From positions 38,318,001 to 38,382,000 of the forward strand of contig CM052816.1 in the NCBI GenBank assembly GCA_028534125.1: a stretch of 64,000 nucleotides of DNA, written 5' to 3'. Below are positions 51,351-63,284 of the stretch, piece by piece; position 1 is the stretch's first letter; each line of letters starts with the position of its first letter. A program made the translations under genes and the position numbers. Under the pieces are notes generated by a model. That model was given only the letters and a program-made list of their open reading frames with translations. It was not told the DNA's origin and searched no databases. This stretch comes from Lama glama (lineage: Eukaryota).

Positions 51351-52939
51351 ATATTTTCCTTGCTGTACTAGCTATTCTTGGGAAAATGACAGTGATTGTA
51401 AAGACCTTATATATTCTACAGTTTAATGTTTCTAAATTGTTAAATAACTGTAATACAAGTGTAGCTTTTCTTGTCATTAAATTAATTGTGAGTGTGAAAT
51501 AAATAGCAAATTGAGAAACCATTATGTTGAACACATTTATCTAAGTATAGGTGGATCTAGCTGTAGAGTATTTTTGTTTGAGGAAACTATCACTGTATTG
51601 TCTCAAAGGATTAAAAGAAAGAAGAAAAGGTCCTGAGTTACCACTTGAAAACACAACAAACGACACTGATAGGAATGGACTCACAGTTTCCTTATGAATG
51701 CACGGGAGAGTCGTTCTGGGAGGACTGTTAATGGGCTCATCTGCCCTTTACATCTCTTCTTACTGGATATTTACGGCATACCTAGACGTTTCGAAAGGTG
51801 GGAGATGTTTGGCCCCAGACTCTCTGTCCATCATATCACATAACATTAAGAGTCTAATCCTTACGCTATTTCTATGCACCTCTAGACATTTGTATAAGCT
51901 GTGAGCATTCAGGTAAACTGTCCAGCCACAGCTGTTATTCGGGCGAAAGGAAGAGCTGGGCATATGGGTATTGGATAAGATAAAATATTTGGGAAAGGAG
52001 CTTAAGAGCATAGCAAACACACCTTTCCTCCCTCCTACCATGTACACAAATCAATATGAGGAACAAAGAAAGAGTACAGATCACTCAGACTTCCTAACAT
52101 GGATGACTTCTGTATGCTCAGCAAATGTAGAAATGGAAAGGTGCACATTTCAGGGCAAGTCAGGTCAATGCTACTCTACTGACCAGGTATTTTCTACCGT
52201 GCAGAGTAGTCTGAAAAGAGTCTGAGGGGAATCAAGACTGTATTCAAAACTACACAGAAGCAAAATTCGGAATTTAATGGAGTAAAATTGTACAACTCTA
52301 GCTCCAGTCTCGAGACCATAACCATTAAAGCAAGAGTAAAATTATTTATTAACTAAAATTTAACATATAATTTGACTCTCTTTAGGCTGTCATTCATATA
52401 TACACTCATATATACAATGTATATAATGCATGTGTGTGTGTGTATGTATATATATATATATATTCAGTAGCCTCTGCCCTCCTTAAATGGAAAAGTTACA
52501 CTGAAGAATTAGAGAAGACAGAAATCACTTGAAAGACTATAATCATGATTATTTCTGATAGATAAATAGATAAAACAATTTAGCTCTATAAACCTTTCCC
52601 CCTTTACTATTTTACTTAGTCTTCCCTGAAACATGTGTATCATTTTCAAAGTCATTTTGAAGAAAAACCTTTAGTGTATATTCATAAAATTCTTTTAGAA
52701 ATAAAAAAAAAAGATCCAGCATATAGGTGATTTATCCAAGGCCTTAAGAGTATGAAGGGACTAGTCCAAGACCTAGGACCTCTAATTTCTAGTGCAATAA
52801 ACACCCCATACCATAATACTGCTTTTTAATCCAAGCTCTATTTTGCATTTATTACAATGTTTATCCAGTTACACTTAGTAATTCAGATTTACACACACTA
52901 CATTCAGCCTATTACTGTATATAATGTGATGCAGTGCCT

Positions 52940-53325
52940 ATTGTCTTCTTGGCCACCTGATATGTCTTCCCTCATCCTTCTATTTCTGATTATAAACCTA
53001 TCCCCCAATTCCCTAGTTTCAGGGTACAAATACTGAGACAAGGTTGATCAACATGAATCAGCCCATTTCTTCTGAACACAGGAAATGGTATGGAAGCCGG
53101 GAGCACTGATAAGAATCGAGGACTGACGTGAAGAGACTGGGGAAGAGACAGAGGCTTTTCTGAGAAAATTACTAAACTGGCAATGTCTAATGATGGTCAT
53201 CTTCCCAACCATATGGAGGGAAACTGCCTGCAAAACAAAGCTGAGAATAGACAAACAGAAACAGACGGATGGGGAGGAAAGTCCTGGCAAGCTTGAGGTC
53301 CCAGTGCTACTCCTGATGCTATGGT
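52940..53325 (+). mobile_element. LTR16-like ERVL LTR
   Basis: ggtcatcttcccaaccatatggagggaaactgcctgc..aaagctga..agaaacaga. Confidence 0.5.
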
Positions 53326-53847
53326 TCCTACAGAGTTTTCATAGAACTTGACTGGTTTCATAGTGTTCCTGACGATTTGCTAAAGATAATCAAAAATAAA
53401 ATAACATTATGACAGTGTTTTCCAGGTTGTTTCCCATATTATTTCTGATGATAAATGAAATATAATTGGCCTTTCTGAGTAAGAGTACATTAGACAGTTT
53501 CTGAAAAACAATCTGAAAGAAAAACTCATTCATTTCTTGTCTTATTAGAAAATCAAATCCCCTTTCTAGGGAAAATTAATTGCTTAAAATAATTTACATA
53601 TACTATTCATATATACATATAATTTTCACAAATATTAATGTAATTTTCCTGACTACTTAAAAATTTATGACATCCTTATACAAATGATTTCAGCAATTTT
53701 CCTTTAAGTTTCTGTTTATTTCAAACTTAAAGATTTCAACATATAAAGCCTGTTGCATGAGGCCTTTCCCAAACATGCACAGCTGCAAAACTCTGACCAA
53801 TATCACTGATTTAATTCACTGCTGAAACCTGCCTAGAAGCCTGGATA

Positions 53848-53940
53848 TCAATCTATCTATCAATCTATCTACTTACCTATCTATCTATATGTGTTTGTAT
53901 ATATGTATTAAATAGATAGATAGATTATAGCAGATAGATC
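53848..53940. repeat. Degenerate (TCTA)n / (TAGA)n microsatellite
   Basis: atctatctatcaatctatct... followed by atagatagatagat. Confidence 0.7.
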
Positions 53941-53961
53941 TCTGTAGTGTAGATGTATCTG

Positions 53962-54482
53962 TGTATAAGTCAGGACTCTCCAAAGAAAAAGAACCAATAG
54001 GATATATAATATATATCATATGTATTATAAAGAATGTAACGTTTTAAATATCCTATATATTTATTATAAGGAACTGACTCACACAACTACAGAAGCAGAG
54101 AAGTCCCATCAGCGCCATCTGCAAGCTGGAGACCCAGGAAAGCAGGTCGTGTAATTTAGGCTCACGAGTCATTCAGTCTGAGTCCAAAGGACTGAGAACC
54201 AGGGGAGCCAATGGTGTAAATCTCAATTCAAAAGCCAAAGATGACCCATGTCCCAGCTCATCCAATCAGGCAGAAAGGAACATATCTTCCCTTCCTCCCA
54301 CTACTGTTCTATTCCGGCCCTCAAAGGACTACCTATATCGGGGAGGGCAAGCCACCTCCCTGATTCAACTGCCAGTCTCTTGGAGAAACACCTTCACGCC
54401 CACACCCAGAAATAATGTTTAGTCAAATATATGGGCACCCCATCATCCAGTCATGCTGACATGTAAAAAAAAAAATCACCAT
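53962..54482 (-). mobile_element. MLT2B-like ERVL solo LTR
   Basis: tgtataagtcaggactctccaaagaaaaagaaccaatagga; catctgcaagctggagacccaggaaagc; cccagaaataatgttt. Confidence 0.88.
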
Positions 54483-56314
54483 ATTATTCACCAGACAAGA
54501 AGTATCTGTATCTATAGGGATACCTATACATAGCTATATCCCCTACAGTGAATAGGATCAGGCCAAAAAGAGTAAGTCTGAAAGAGAGCAAACGTCTACT
54601 TTCATGTTAAGGATAACTGCAACTAACCTCAGCACAGCCTGGGGCACACCAGGCAAAGTAATCACTTACATGGAAAGACTTGTGAGGTTCAAAACATACA
54701 GGAGTTTGGCAAGACAGCAATAAGAAAGGAAGAGAATGAATTAATTTTACTTGGATTCGAAGTACATGAGTAGAATTGGTAGTATTTTCTGTCCACATCT
54801 GATGTTCTTCAATTCTGTAAAAACCAAGGGAGAACACCCGAGGCAATATAGAGAGCTGGCCAGTCAAGATGCAGAACAAACATGACATCAAATTAAGAGC
54901 AAGTATCATTTATGTTTTAATCTTGCAGAAAGTGTACGATCATTCTTTAAACACAGAGAATTTCACACTCATTGTGGAATACTACAATTGAGTAACTTTG
55001 TAGACATTATGAATACTAACTTCAAACATTACATGAAGGAAGGTATAGTTTTCACAGTATTTCATTATTTTCATTAATATTCTATTTAATGCTTATGAAT
55101 TCACAACATCACATTATTGGTTCCATTCTTTTCTTTTTGTAATAGATGCAACTATCAAGAAAAATTCCTGAAGTCACCTATTTTTTACTCTACCGTCCTT
55201 GATAGCGAGATAAATATACAATCTAAAGTATCTCTCCGTACCACACCCCTAATGATAGTGCTTTTTCATGAAGTGCTTAAAACCTACAAATACTCTTCAA
55301 TGAATTTTTCAGATAAGATAAAGACAAATTTCTTAACTACTTCATTTGCTTGAATCCAGTTCTATTACTCTTATGGTGCCAGTTAAAAGCACTTTATTGA
55401 TCAAAACTGTATTTTTAAAATGAGTTGAAGATAGTCTTAACGATTTTTTATGAACTAGTAACATTAACTGAAAGATACTTTCCATAATTTAAGAAATGAT
55501 ACTTAATGATATGCCACTAAAATGATAGCTATTAAATTTGTGGTACATTAAAATTGCATAAAATACGTTTTCATTGATGTTTATAAATTGATTCTGCCAT
55601 GTGTACCTGCAAAGTAATTAAAGTTTTAAATTACATACATGCTTTTATTAATGTCCTCTACTGGAAGGTTGGAAAAAACAAAGGCAAGCCTATAATAAAT
55701 GAAAAATGACTAGAAGCAAAATTAAGAGTTACTGTTAAGGAAAATTTTGAATAATTGGATTGTTAAAACATGGACTAGGTAACCCTGAAATATACCGAGT
55801 TTTCTCCCCCTAAAAGTGCTCAGAGTGAATGCCCTTTGTCAGACTACTCAGCATGAGATTCATGAATGAGTTGAGTTAGGAAGATCAGATAAACTTGAAT
55901 TTCTCTTTTATTGTCTCAACATTAATATTTGATGACCTCCGTAAGCAAAAAAAAAGATTATGCATAAAAAAGGATGGATGCTGAAACAGCAGCAGCTTTG
56001 AAAAACAGCAGGGTTTTGAGCAACATTGACTTCACACCTTATTGAAGCCATAAACAGAGTCACCTGGGCTTCTGTAAGACTCTGTGTTGTGAAGCCCAGA
56101 AGGCTTAGCCCCTCCACCCTTTCATGGCATGAATCACATGGCACTGTGTCTGTGAGATTCTTCAAGTCAGGGCATATATTTACCTCATTTACTTTTAAAT
56201 ATCCAGCGTAGCCACCAGGTTTTGAAATACATATTCAATAATATTTATTAATGCATAAAAATATAAAGCCAATCTCCACTGTAAAGTCATTCTCTTCCCC
56301 CTTTCCATGCCAAC

Positions 56315-56386
56315 ATCTTTGGAAGAAGATCACCACGGGCAGCCTACACCTCTGGAGAGGGGAGTTATGCTCCACCTCTTTGAAAG
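56315..56386 (+). mobile_element. Short L1MC/MD 3'-UTR fragment
   Basis: gcagcctacacctctggagaggggagttatgctccacctc. Confidence 0.5.
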
Positions 56387-57144
56387 CATTAGAGACTGAA
56401 ATCTAGCTCCTTGCCCCTCTCATCTCAATTCACAGTAGCCTCAGATTAGAAGAATTGATAATACAGTAGAGTTTCTCTGAGGTTATAAAGGGATCTCTGA
56501 GGAATCCCTTTAAATATCTCCCAAAGGGATTACATATCAAAAGGGACGTGCTCTCTGTAAAGACTCTTGAATAAAGTGAACTACTGCACAGGACGGCTGT
56601 AGGACAGAGACCACAACGACTGGTACGGACGTCAAGAAGTCACAAGAATACTGGGTGAGATTCATTTCACACGTGTCTTCAAATTTCCTACTCTTATTGG
56701 TATTTATATAATAAAATTGTCTCTAGTCCATAAGTGCATATTTCTAGTGTATTTTCATGCTTGTGGTGTGTCTACATCTGAATCTGCTGTTCAAATGTGA
56801 AGCCTTTCTTTCCTTTTCTGTATATTTTCTCTCCTTCTTTTGACTAGTTGACATATGGAAACAAAGTGTGTTTGTGTGTGCAGATATAAATGTCTAGATT
56901 TAATTACTAGTGATTCAGAATACTGATCTACAAACTTGTCTAAGCAATAATTTATTTGTATCTGAATACGTGGGTATACATGTGTAATATATGTAACTAT
57001 ATGTAATATTTAATATTTTCCAGAAAATGGACTTTGGTTTTCTTTTACTTGCCTAATAATACCATTTGCTTTTAATCAATAAATTTTAATAAAACATGAG
57101 ATTCACAATTTCTGATTCACTTAAAATGTTAACTCATTCACTTA

Positions 57145-57355
57145 AAATTTGCAGATACCAACTACAATATTTATAATATAGGTTTACTACAAGTTTCTTC
57201 TATACAGCACAGGGAACTATATTCAACGTCTTGTAGCAACCTATAATGAAAAAGAATATGAAAACAAATATATGTATGTATATGTATGACTGGGACATTG
57301 TGCTACACACCAGAAATTGACACAACATTGTAAACGGACTATACAACTATACAAC
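57145..57355 (+). mobile_element. Young cetartiodactyl (camelid-type) L1 3' end
   Basis: tacagcacagggaactatattcaa..aaaagaatatgaaaa..gtatgactgggacattgtgctacacaccagaaattgacaca. Confidence 0.8.
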
Positions 57356-57359
57356 AATT

Positions 57360-58180
57360 AACAATCATCAGAAAAATGCAAATCAAAACCATAATGAGAT
57401 ATCACCTCACAACTGTTAAAACGGCAATGATCAAAAAATCTACAAGTATCAAATGTCAGCGAGGATATGGAGAGAAGGGAACCCAAGTACACTCTCAGTG
57501 AGAATGTAAATTGGTGCAGCCAGTATGGAGAACAGTACGGAGGTGTTTTAAAAACTAAAAGCAGAACTACCATATGATAGAGCAATTCCACTCCTGAATA
57601 TACATCCACAAAAAACCAAAACACTATTTTGAAAAGATACATGCATCCCAATGTTCATAGCGGAACTATTTACTATCGTCAAGATATGGAAGCAACCTAA
57701 GTGTCTATCAACAGATGACTAGATAAAGAAGATGTGATATGAATGAAACATTACTCAGACATTAAAAAAATTGATATTCTGCCATTTACAACATGGATGA
57801 ATTTAGATGGTATCATGCTTAGTGAAATAAATCTAACAGAGAAGGATAAATTATGTTATCATTTTATATGCAGAACCTAAAAACTAAAACAAATGAATGT
57901 GTATAACAAAACAGAAACAGACCCGCAGACATAGAGAACAAACTAGTGGTTACCAGTGGAGGGAGGGATGGCGGAAGGGACAAGAGGAAGCCGAGAATTA
58001 AGAGATACAAAGTACTATGCTTCAAATAAATAAGCAATAGGCATATATTACACAGTACGTGGAAATATAGCCATTATTTTGTAATAACATTAAATGGAGT
58101 ATAATTTATAAAAATCTTGAATCATGTTGTACATCTGAAACTAATAGAATACTGCAATTAACTATACTTCAATTAAACAA
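57360..58180 (+). mobile_element. Older L1 3' end (ORF2 C-terminus plus 3' UTR)
   Basis: aaatgcaaatcaaaaccataatgagatatcacctcac; atatggaagcaacctaagtgtc; end tacatctgaaactaat..aactatacttcaattaaa. Confidence 0.9.
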
Positions 58181-58189
58181 AGGAAAAAC

Positions 58190-58330
58190 AAGAAGGGTCA
58201 CAGGAAACATTCTGGTCTGGAGAAAATATAATCATTTGAAGTAAGCACAGATACACATACGTAAAATTCATTGAGTTGTGCATGTAAGATTACTGCACTT
58301 TTATGTGTGTATATATATCTCAATAAAAAT
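58190..58330 (+). mobile_element. Old L1M 3'-terminal fragment
   Basis: aaaattcattgagttgtgca..tgcacttttatgtgtgt..ctcaataaaa. Confidence 0.6.
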
Positions 58331-58427
58331 TTCAATTACAATAATTAAATCAATAATAAGTTAAAATAAAGCTCCCAGATAAATACTGTGGTTGTTCACA
58401 AAATTGAGAACCATAATTTTAAATATA

Positions 58428-58592
58428 CGGCTCTCAAGCACAACTACATATTGGAATTGCCATGGGAAGGTTTTATAAACATCTGAATTTCACACAAATT
58501 AGTTAAATTAGAATCTCAGGGTATAGAGCCAGGCATTGGTATTTTATAAAGGTTCCCATATGATTCTGAGTGAGACCAGGGTGAAAAACCAT
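58428..58592. mobile_element. MER5-family MITE
   Basis: ttaaattagaatctcaggg..agccaggcattggtattttataaaggttccc..tgattct. Confidence 0.65.
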
Positions 58593-59047
58593 AAAAACCA
58601 TTCCCCAAATAGATTATACCCCCAGTGCCAAAATTACTCCTAGGATAACTTTTTGTTTAAAAAAAATGAATTAATTAATAAGTCAATAATTAACTGGCTT
58701 TGGTTACTTTGATTACGTAATCAATAATCAATCTTTTTTTGTACAATCATTGTTTTGGCAGAAATCAGTATAACCTTTACTTAAATTTCAGAGGTCAAAG
58801 TAAGCTTCATAGGCTTAGCAAGATTTAATACTGAATTCGGATTCATTCTAAGCGAATTCAGAACAAAACTGAACAGAAGGAGAATCTACATGAAACAAAT
58901 TGCAGGAAGAGTACTACTAGATTTGAATACTGATATATACTAATAGACAACTTCAGTAGAATATAAAGCTTCTCTAGCCACGTTATCAGCCTTTCCGTAC
59001 ATTTCTGTCTACATGCCCCGAGTAAGCAAACATAAAAATAGCGTGCA

Positions 59048-59290
59048 CCATATATTGAACACCTACATGCCAGACACAGGGATAAACATTTCTAGACATT
59101 ATCTCATTTAACCTTTACATACACTCAAAAAAAAAATAAACTGTAAGTGAAACTGATACTGAGTTTACAGAAATGAGAAAATGGAAGCTTCACAGTGTTA
59201 GTGGTACTTAATCAAGGTCACCCACCTAGAAGGTGTCCAGATTGGGACGATCCAGGTCAACCTAACTCTGAAGCCCTGCTATTTCTACTT
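59048..59290 (-). mobile_element. MIR SINE
   Basis: attgaacacctacatgccagacac..cattatctcatttaacc..caaggtcacccacctag. Confidence 0.75.
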
Positions 59291-60809
59291 CAACCAAGTC
59301 CCTGTACTCCTATAATACTATTGTTACGATGCATTTGTCTCTTCTAAAAAGCATCTTTATAAGCATTCTCATAGCCTTCAATTTCTCCAAGAAACAGATG
59401 AACTTGATGTGACACTCACAGCAATTTTATCAACTGCTAATTTGGAAATGTTTTTACATGTGAAAATATATCATTGTCATTCCTTACAGCTCACTCTTGT
59501 TAACACACCACCACCACTTCCTTGTGTAACTTCATGCTCTTTATTTTGCAAAAACCCATTTCAATTAAAAATAGTGGGTAGTTGCCAGATTCAAACAGCA
59601 GTAATTGCTTGTCTTGTAAATTGAATACGCCTATCAAGAATGATTTGAAAAGATATACAGCCTCCTTAATCTTTATTTTATAAAAATAACTTAGCCCCCT
59701 AAACAAATTCCATGGCTATCACAGTAAAAACAAATGCCTTCGAAATTAATTGAATCATATGTTGCGTTATTTAATAACCAAATCTAATCTAAAAACTTTT
59801 CTTCATTTCATGCTTGTTCTTCCTATTTAATGCAAAAGTTCTAGATAAATATAGAAATATTATAGTACTTTGTATAATTTTTAAATTATGTACTTTCAGT
59901 ACCATTTCTTAGATAAAATGAGTGAATATATTCAACCATAGCTAAACTTACTCAGTAGAATATTTGCAAATTGGTAGGGAAGCACAGGGATCAGGGAAGA
60001 CAGCTAGGGTTTGTTAAGATCATCAAAAAACAGAAGATACTTGAGGCTGATGACTGAAGGTCTGCTCTATCAGATCAGGCTTATCTGTGCATCTTCGCAC
60101 AAATCTGAGAACATCAGAGTGCTCAGAAATTGAAATCTTACTTACTTATAACTAATTAATTAATGGACAGACAAATGTATGGAGTTACCCGGGGTCAGAT
60201 CCTCGGCTATACAAGTTGAGAACATCAACAAGATATTTTGTTTGCTGTTTCTTTGTTTTCATTTTGTTCCTTTTTTTTTGTTTTTCAATTCCTGAATGAT
60301 ACTAATTTTCTCAGGAAATGGAACACAGAAGAAATCTTTAAAAAGACTTATTTAAGCTAAACTGATAATGTACTAATAGCTCTCATTCATTTGTGTACAA
60401 CACTTCCTCCTGCTGTGCAGATTCATTAAAAAAACCAAATTATATAAGAAAAGCTGCCCATTCATCACAGAATAAGAAGAAGAAGAAATTTTGCTACTGA
60501 ATGAAACACAGTTGCATCAGGCTAGCATTTTATCTTTTATATATTCGGAGACATATATACCTAGAATATAATCAGTATTGGTCATTTGAAGCCTTGAGAC
60601 ATCTTCCTCCAGCACTGCAGGAAAGACACTGATAACATTCTTGGTACCAAGTGCTTAAGTGCTTTTTTTTCAATAGTCCTAAATAGGCAATAGGATTTTT
60701 CTCATGATAATATTCTTTTAACAATTAACAATCCTCCTTCAGGATGAAGTACTCCAATCTGTCAGTCATTAATCCAAGAAATATTTCACAGTGGACACAG
60801 TGATTTCTT

Positions 60810-61195
60810 CCACTGTAGCAATCCCTGCTTCCTATGAGTCCTCAGTTTCCATGCTAGGAGCCATATGGTTCCATAAAACCTTACCACAGTGGGGAAGTTT
60901 GCCAGCTAGACTGAGCCAATCCGCCACCCCATCACCTAGGCCTATGACCACATAACCCACACCAGGCTTACCGGTGAGAATCTTTTTTTGCTATAAAGTG
61001 TGCATTGTGGATAAAAGACCTGGAACTCCTGAAGTCACTTTGCTTTTATAGAGGAAGCTACTCAAAAGATGAAACCAATACATAAAGGAAGGTAAGTGAA
61101 AAGCCAGAGAAAGTTGCAGAAAGGGAGAATGAGACCCTGACATTATAAACCCCTGGATCAAACAGCACCTAAACCTGAACCACTTCAGGATTGCA
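60810..61195 (+). mobile_element. LTR16-like ERVL LTR fragment
   Basis: ctgagccaatc..cccatcacct ... aacccctggatcaaacagcacctaaacc. Confidence 0.5.
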
Positions 61196-61204
61196 GCTGC
61201 TTCA

Positions 61205-61785
61205 TGGTCATGCAGCTGAGCAGTCGCACGGGACCGATTCTCCAAAGGGACCCCTTACACGTGGTTTAATGCTCTGGTGTCTCCTTCCTGAAATTCTTAA
61301 TAATTTCATCTTAGGATCTGTGTTTCTAAAAGAGGTGTTACGGAATAATGGAGCATGTCTATGACCAAAGAAGATATGCCTGGCAACAACCAGCACATGT
61401 GGGGCAGTCCAGGGCTCCTGGGACTCTTAGAGCAAAACCCAGCCAGGACCTGGGCACAGATCTGCAGAAGCAGCAGCCAGGGCAGCAGTGGCTGCGGCCG
61501 GGAAGAGAGGAGGAGCATCTGGTGGGGCAGTGCATGGGGGAGGGCTCTCCTGTCTTTGCACCCATCCCACTGGCATGGGCACCAACGTTAACTCCAGGGA
61601 CTGTCAAAACCGTTAGCTGTAAATCACAAGTAAATAAAAGAATATACTTGGACATTGCAATAAAATACATAATGGAACTATTCAAACCCTTCAAAGAGTG
61701 TGGAAGCCCTGCTTTTGAAACTGCTGTAACCTGCAACACTGCAAAGCAAATACCCAAAGGCTTAGAGAAATAGAAATTAAAGATA
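61205..61785 (+). mobile_element. hAT-Tip100 (Zaphod/MER91-like) internally deleted DNA transposon fragment
   Basis: tggtttaatgctctg..tgaaattcttaataattt; the end of ORF 61348-61773 (LDIAIKYIMELFKPFKE..FE..CNTAKQI) resembles a hAT transposase. Confidence 0.65.
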
Positions 61786-62646
61786 ACCGTGCACAGTACC
61801 ATTGTGTCAGCAGATAAGCTTCCACAAGGTCCTTGAGACCAAGGCTTTCTTCCATCTCGTGCTCCACCATTTCTCCAAGTCTAAGGTTTACAGACGGTCT
61901 AAAACTATATGAGAAAACAGAAAAGAACATGGAAGATTCCATGAGAGATTTTAGAAGCCACATCTGGCAGTGCTGCCCAAATTTTGCTGATCAGAACTCA
62001 GTCACAGACCTCAAGGTAATGGAAAACGCAGGGCTGCCCTGTTGCAATGAAGAAGGGAATTCAGGTACTGGTGAGCACCACTGCTTCCGGCCCCTGATAC
62101 TTACGCAAAATTAAAGTTCGCCCCTTTGGGGGAGGGTGTCGATGCTGGCTCATCACCATTCCCACATTTTGATACAGAGACTGTCTCGGATTCCCATTTC
62201 TTTACGCTCAATTCTCTACTCATCCCACTGTAATCTGACTTCTGTCTGTACTATTCTAAGGAATACATTTTATTAAAGTCACAATGTCTGTAAACACACA
62301 CACACCCAATTTCCCACCTAAAGCCTCCGGACTCCGTCTCTTCCCAGCCACTGGCCGGCGTCCCTCCAGACAAAGGCCTCCTCCTCTCTCGACGACCCGC
62401 CACCTCTCATCCGCTACGAAGTCCCCTCGGCCCAAGGCCACCGTCCTCCAAAAGCTCCCCAGCAGCCGCCGCGAGGGGCTCGCCCCTGTCTCCTCAGCAA
62501 CCTGCCCGCATTTCCCTCCGACGACTCCTCTGACTCGGCTTTGGCCCCTAGATTTTGTCCCTCAGACCGCTCCTCAAAAGTGCGCCCCACGCAGCCTTCG
62601 CCCGGCTCCCCAAACCTCCCCGGCGTCGGGCACCACGTCCGCGCAC

Positions 62647-62710
62647 CTGCAGAAGCGTCGCGCAGCCGCCGTAGTTGGGCCTCGACGGGGGCGGATATCC
62701 GGGCGGAAAA
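62647..62710 (-). other. Candidate non-coding first exon of an unidentified minus-strand transcript
   Basis: Donor CAG|GTGCGC at 62647/62646 inside the CpG island; start site not determinable. Confidence 0.4.
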
Positions 62711-62711
62711 C

Positions 62712-62730
62712 GAGCGCCGCCTGGTGGCCA
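62712..62730 (-). promoter_or_regulatory. CTCF motif
   Basis: TGGCCACCAGGCGGCGCTC versus consensus TGGCCACCAGGGGGCGCTA (17/19). Confidence 0.7.
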
Positions 62731-62772
62731 AAGCAGCCGGGGTCGCGCCGGGGTCGCGCTGGTGTCGCAAGG

Positions 62773-62791
62773 CAGCCACGAGGTGGCGCTG
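62773..62791 (+). promoter_or_regulatory. CTCF motif
   Basis: CAGCCACGAGGTGGCGCTG fits the core CCASYAGRKGGCRS with one mismatch. Confidence 0.65.
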
Positions 62792-63284
62792 CTGCTCTGT
62801 CACAAATGACATTAACACTCATCAAGGAGCAACTTCAGCCTTTAACTGAAACAACAGTATACATTTTAGCTGACTCTCCCAGTCAGATTCAGTTTCGCGT
62901 CCATCTGTGGTACTTTTATCTTTTAGTCATCACCGTTATGGAACGTAATACATTGTATTTTAAATATCTTGTATATGTCTTGCGTAGTCTCCTTAAGGTC
63001 AAAGACCATTTCTCTTCGATTGTATGATTTTGATCCTTATTGCAGTGTCTGGAACATCTCAGTGCCTCAGGAAATACTGGTTCACAAACAGGTGAGTCAT
63101 TCAATAGCCATGTTTTCCATTAAGTATATACACGATGTCCAGCTAAGGATGTCTAACAGGTCGTTGGCTGTATAAAAAAGGACTTTACACGCCTTCTCTA
63201 GTTGGTAATCTACAAATATGAAGAAATTGAAACTCATGTGTATATGTTCGGGGCTTACTTAGCTCCTAGGATTTGTGAGTTGAT

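Larger units (their letters stand above)
62310..62800. promoter_or_regulatory. CpG island, probable promoter
   Basis: Only strongly GC- and CpG-rich segment in the window; GC boxes GGGCGG at ~62688 and 62701. Confidence 0.85.

Noticed and set aside
56486..56512. 9-bp hairpin taaagggat/atcccttta
   Set aside because: Within chance expectation; no supporting context
58831..58861. 9-bp inverted repeat ctgaattcg/cgaattcag
   Set aside because: Several 9-bp stems with short loops are expected by chance in 64 kb
400..61245. Remaining 60-120 aa ORFs in the track
   Set aside because: Lengths and compositions fit random or repeat-derived frames; no recognisable protein family
62256..63027. Overlapping ORFs up to 247 aa at the CpG island
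   Set aside because: Pro/Arg/Ala-rich frames open on both strands because GC-rich DNA has few stop codons; no recognisable domain
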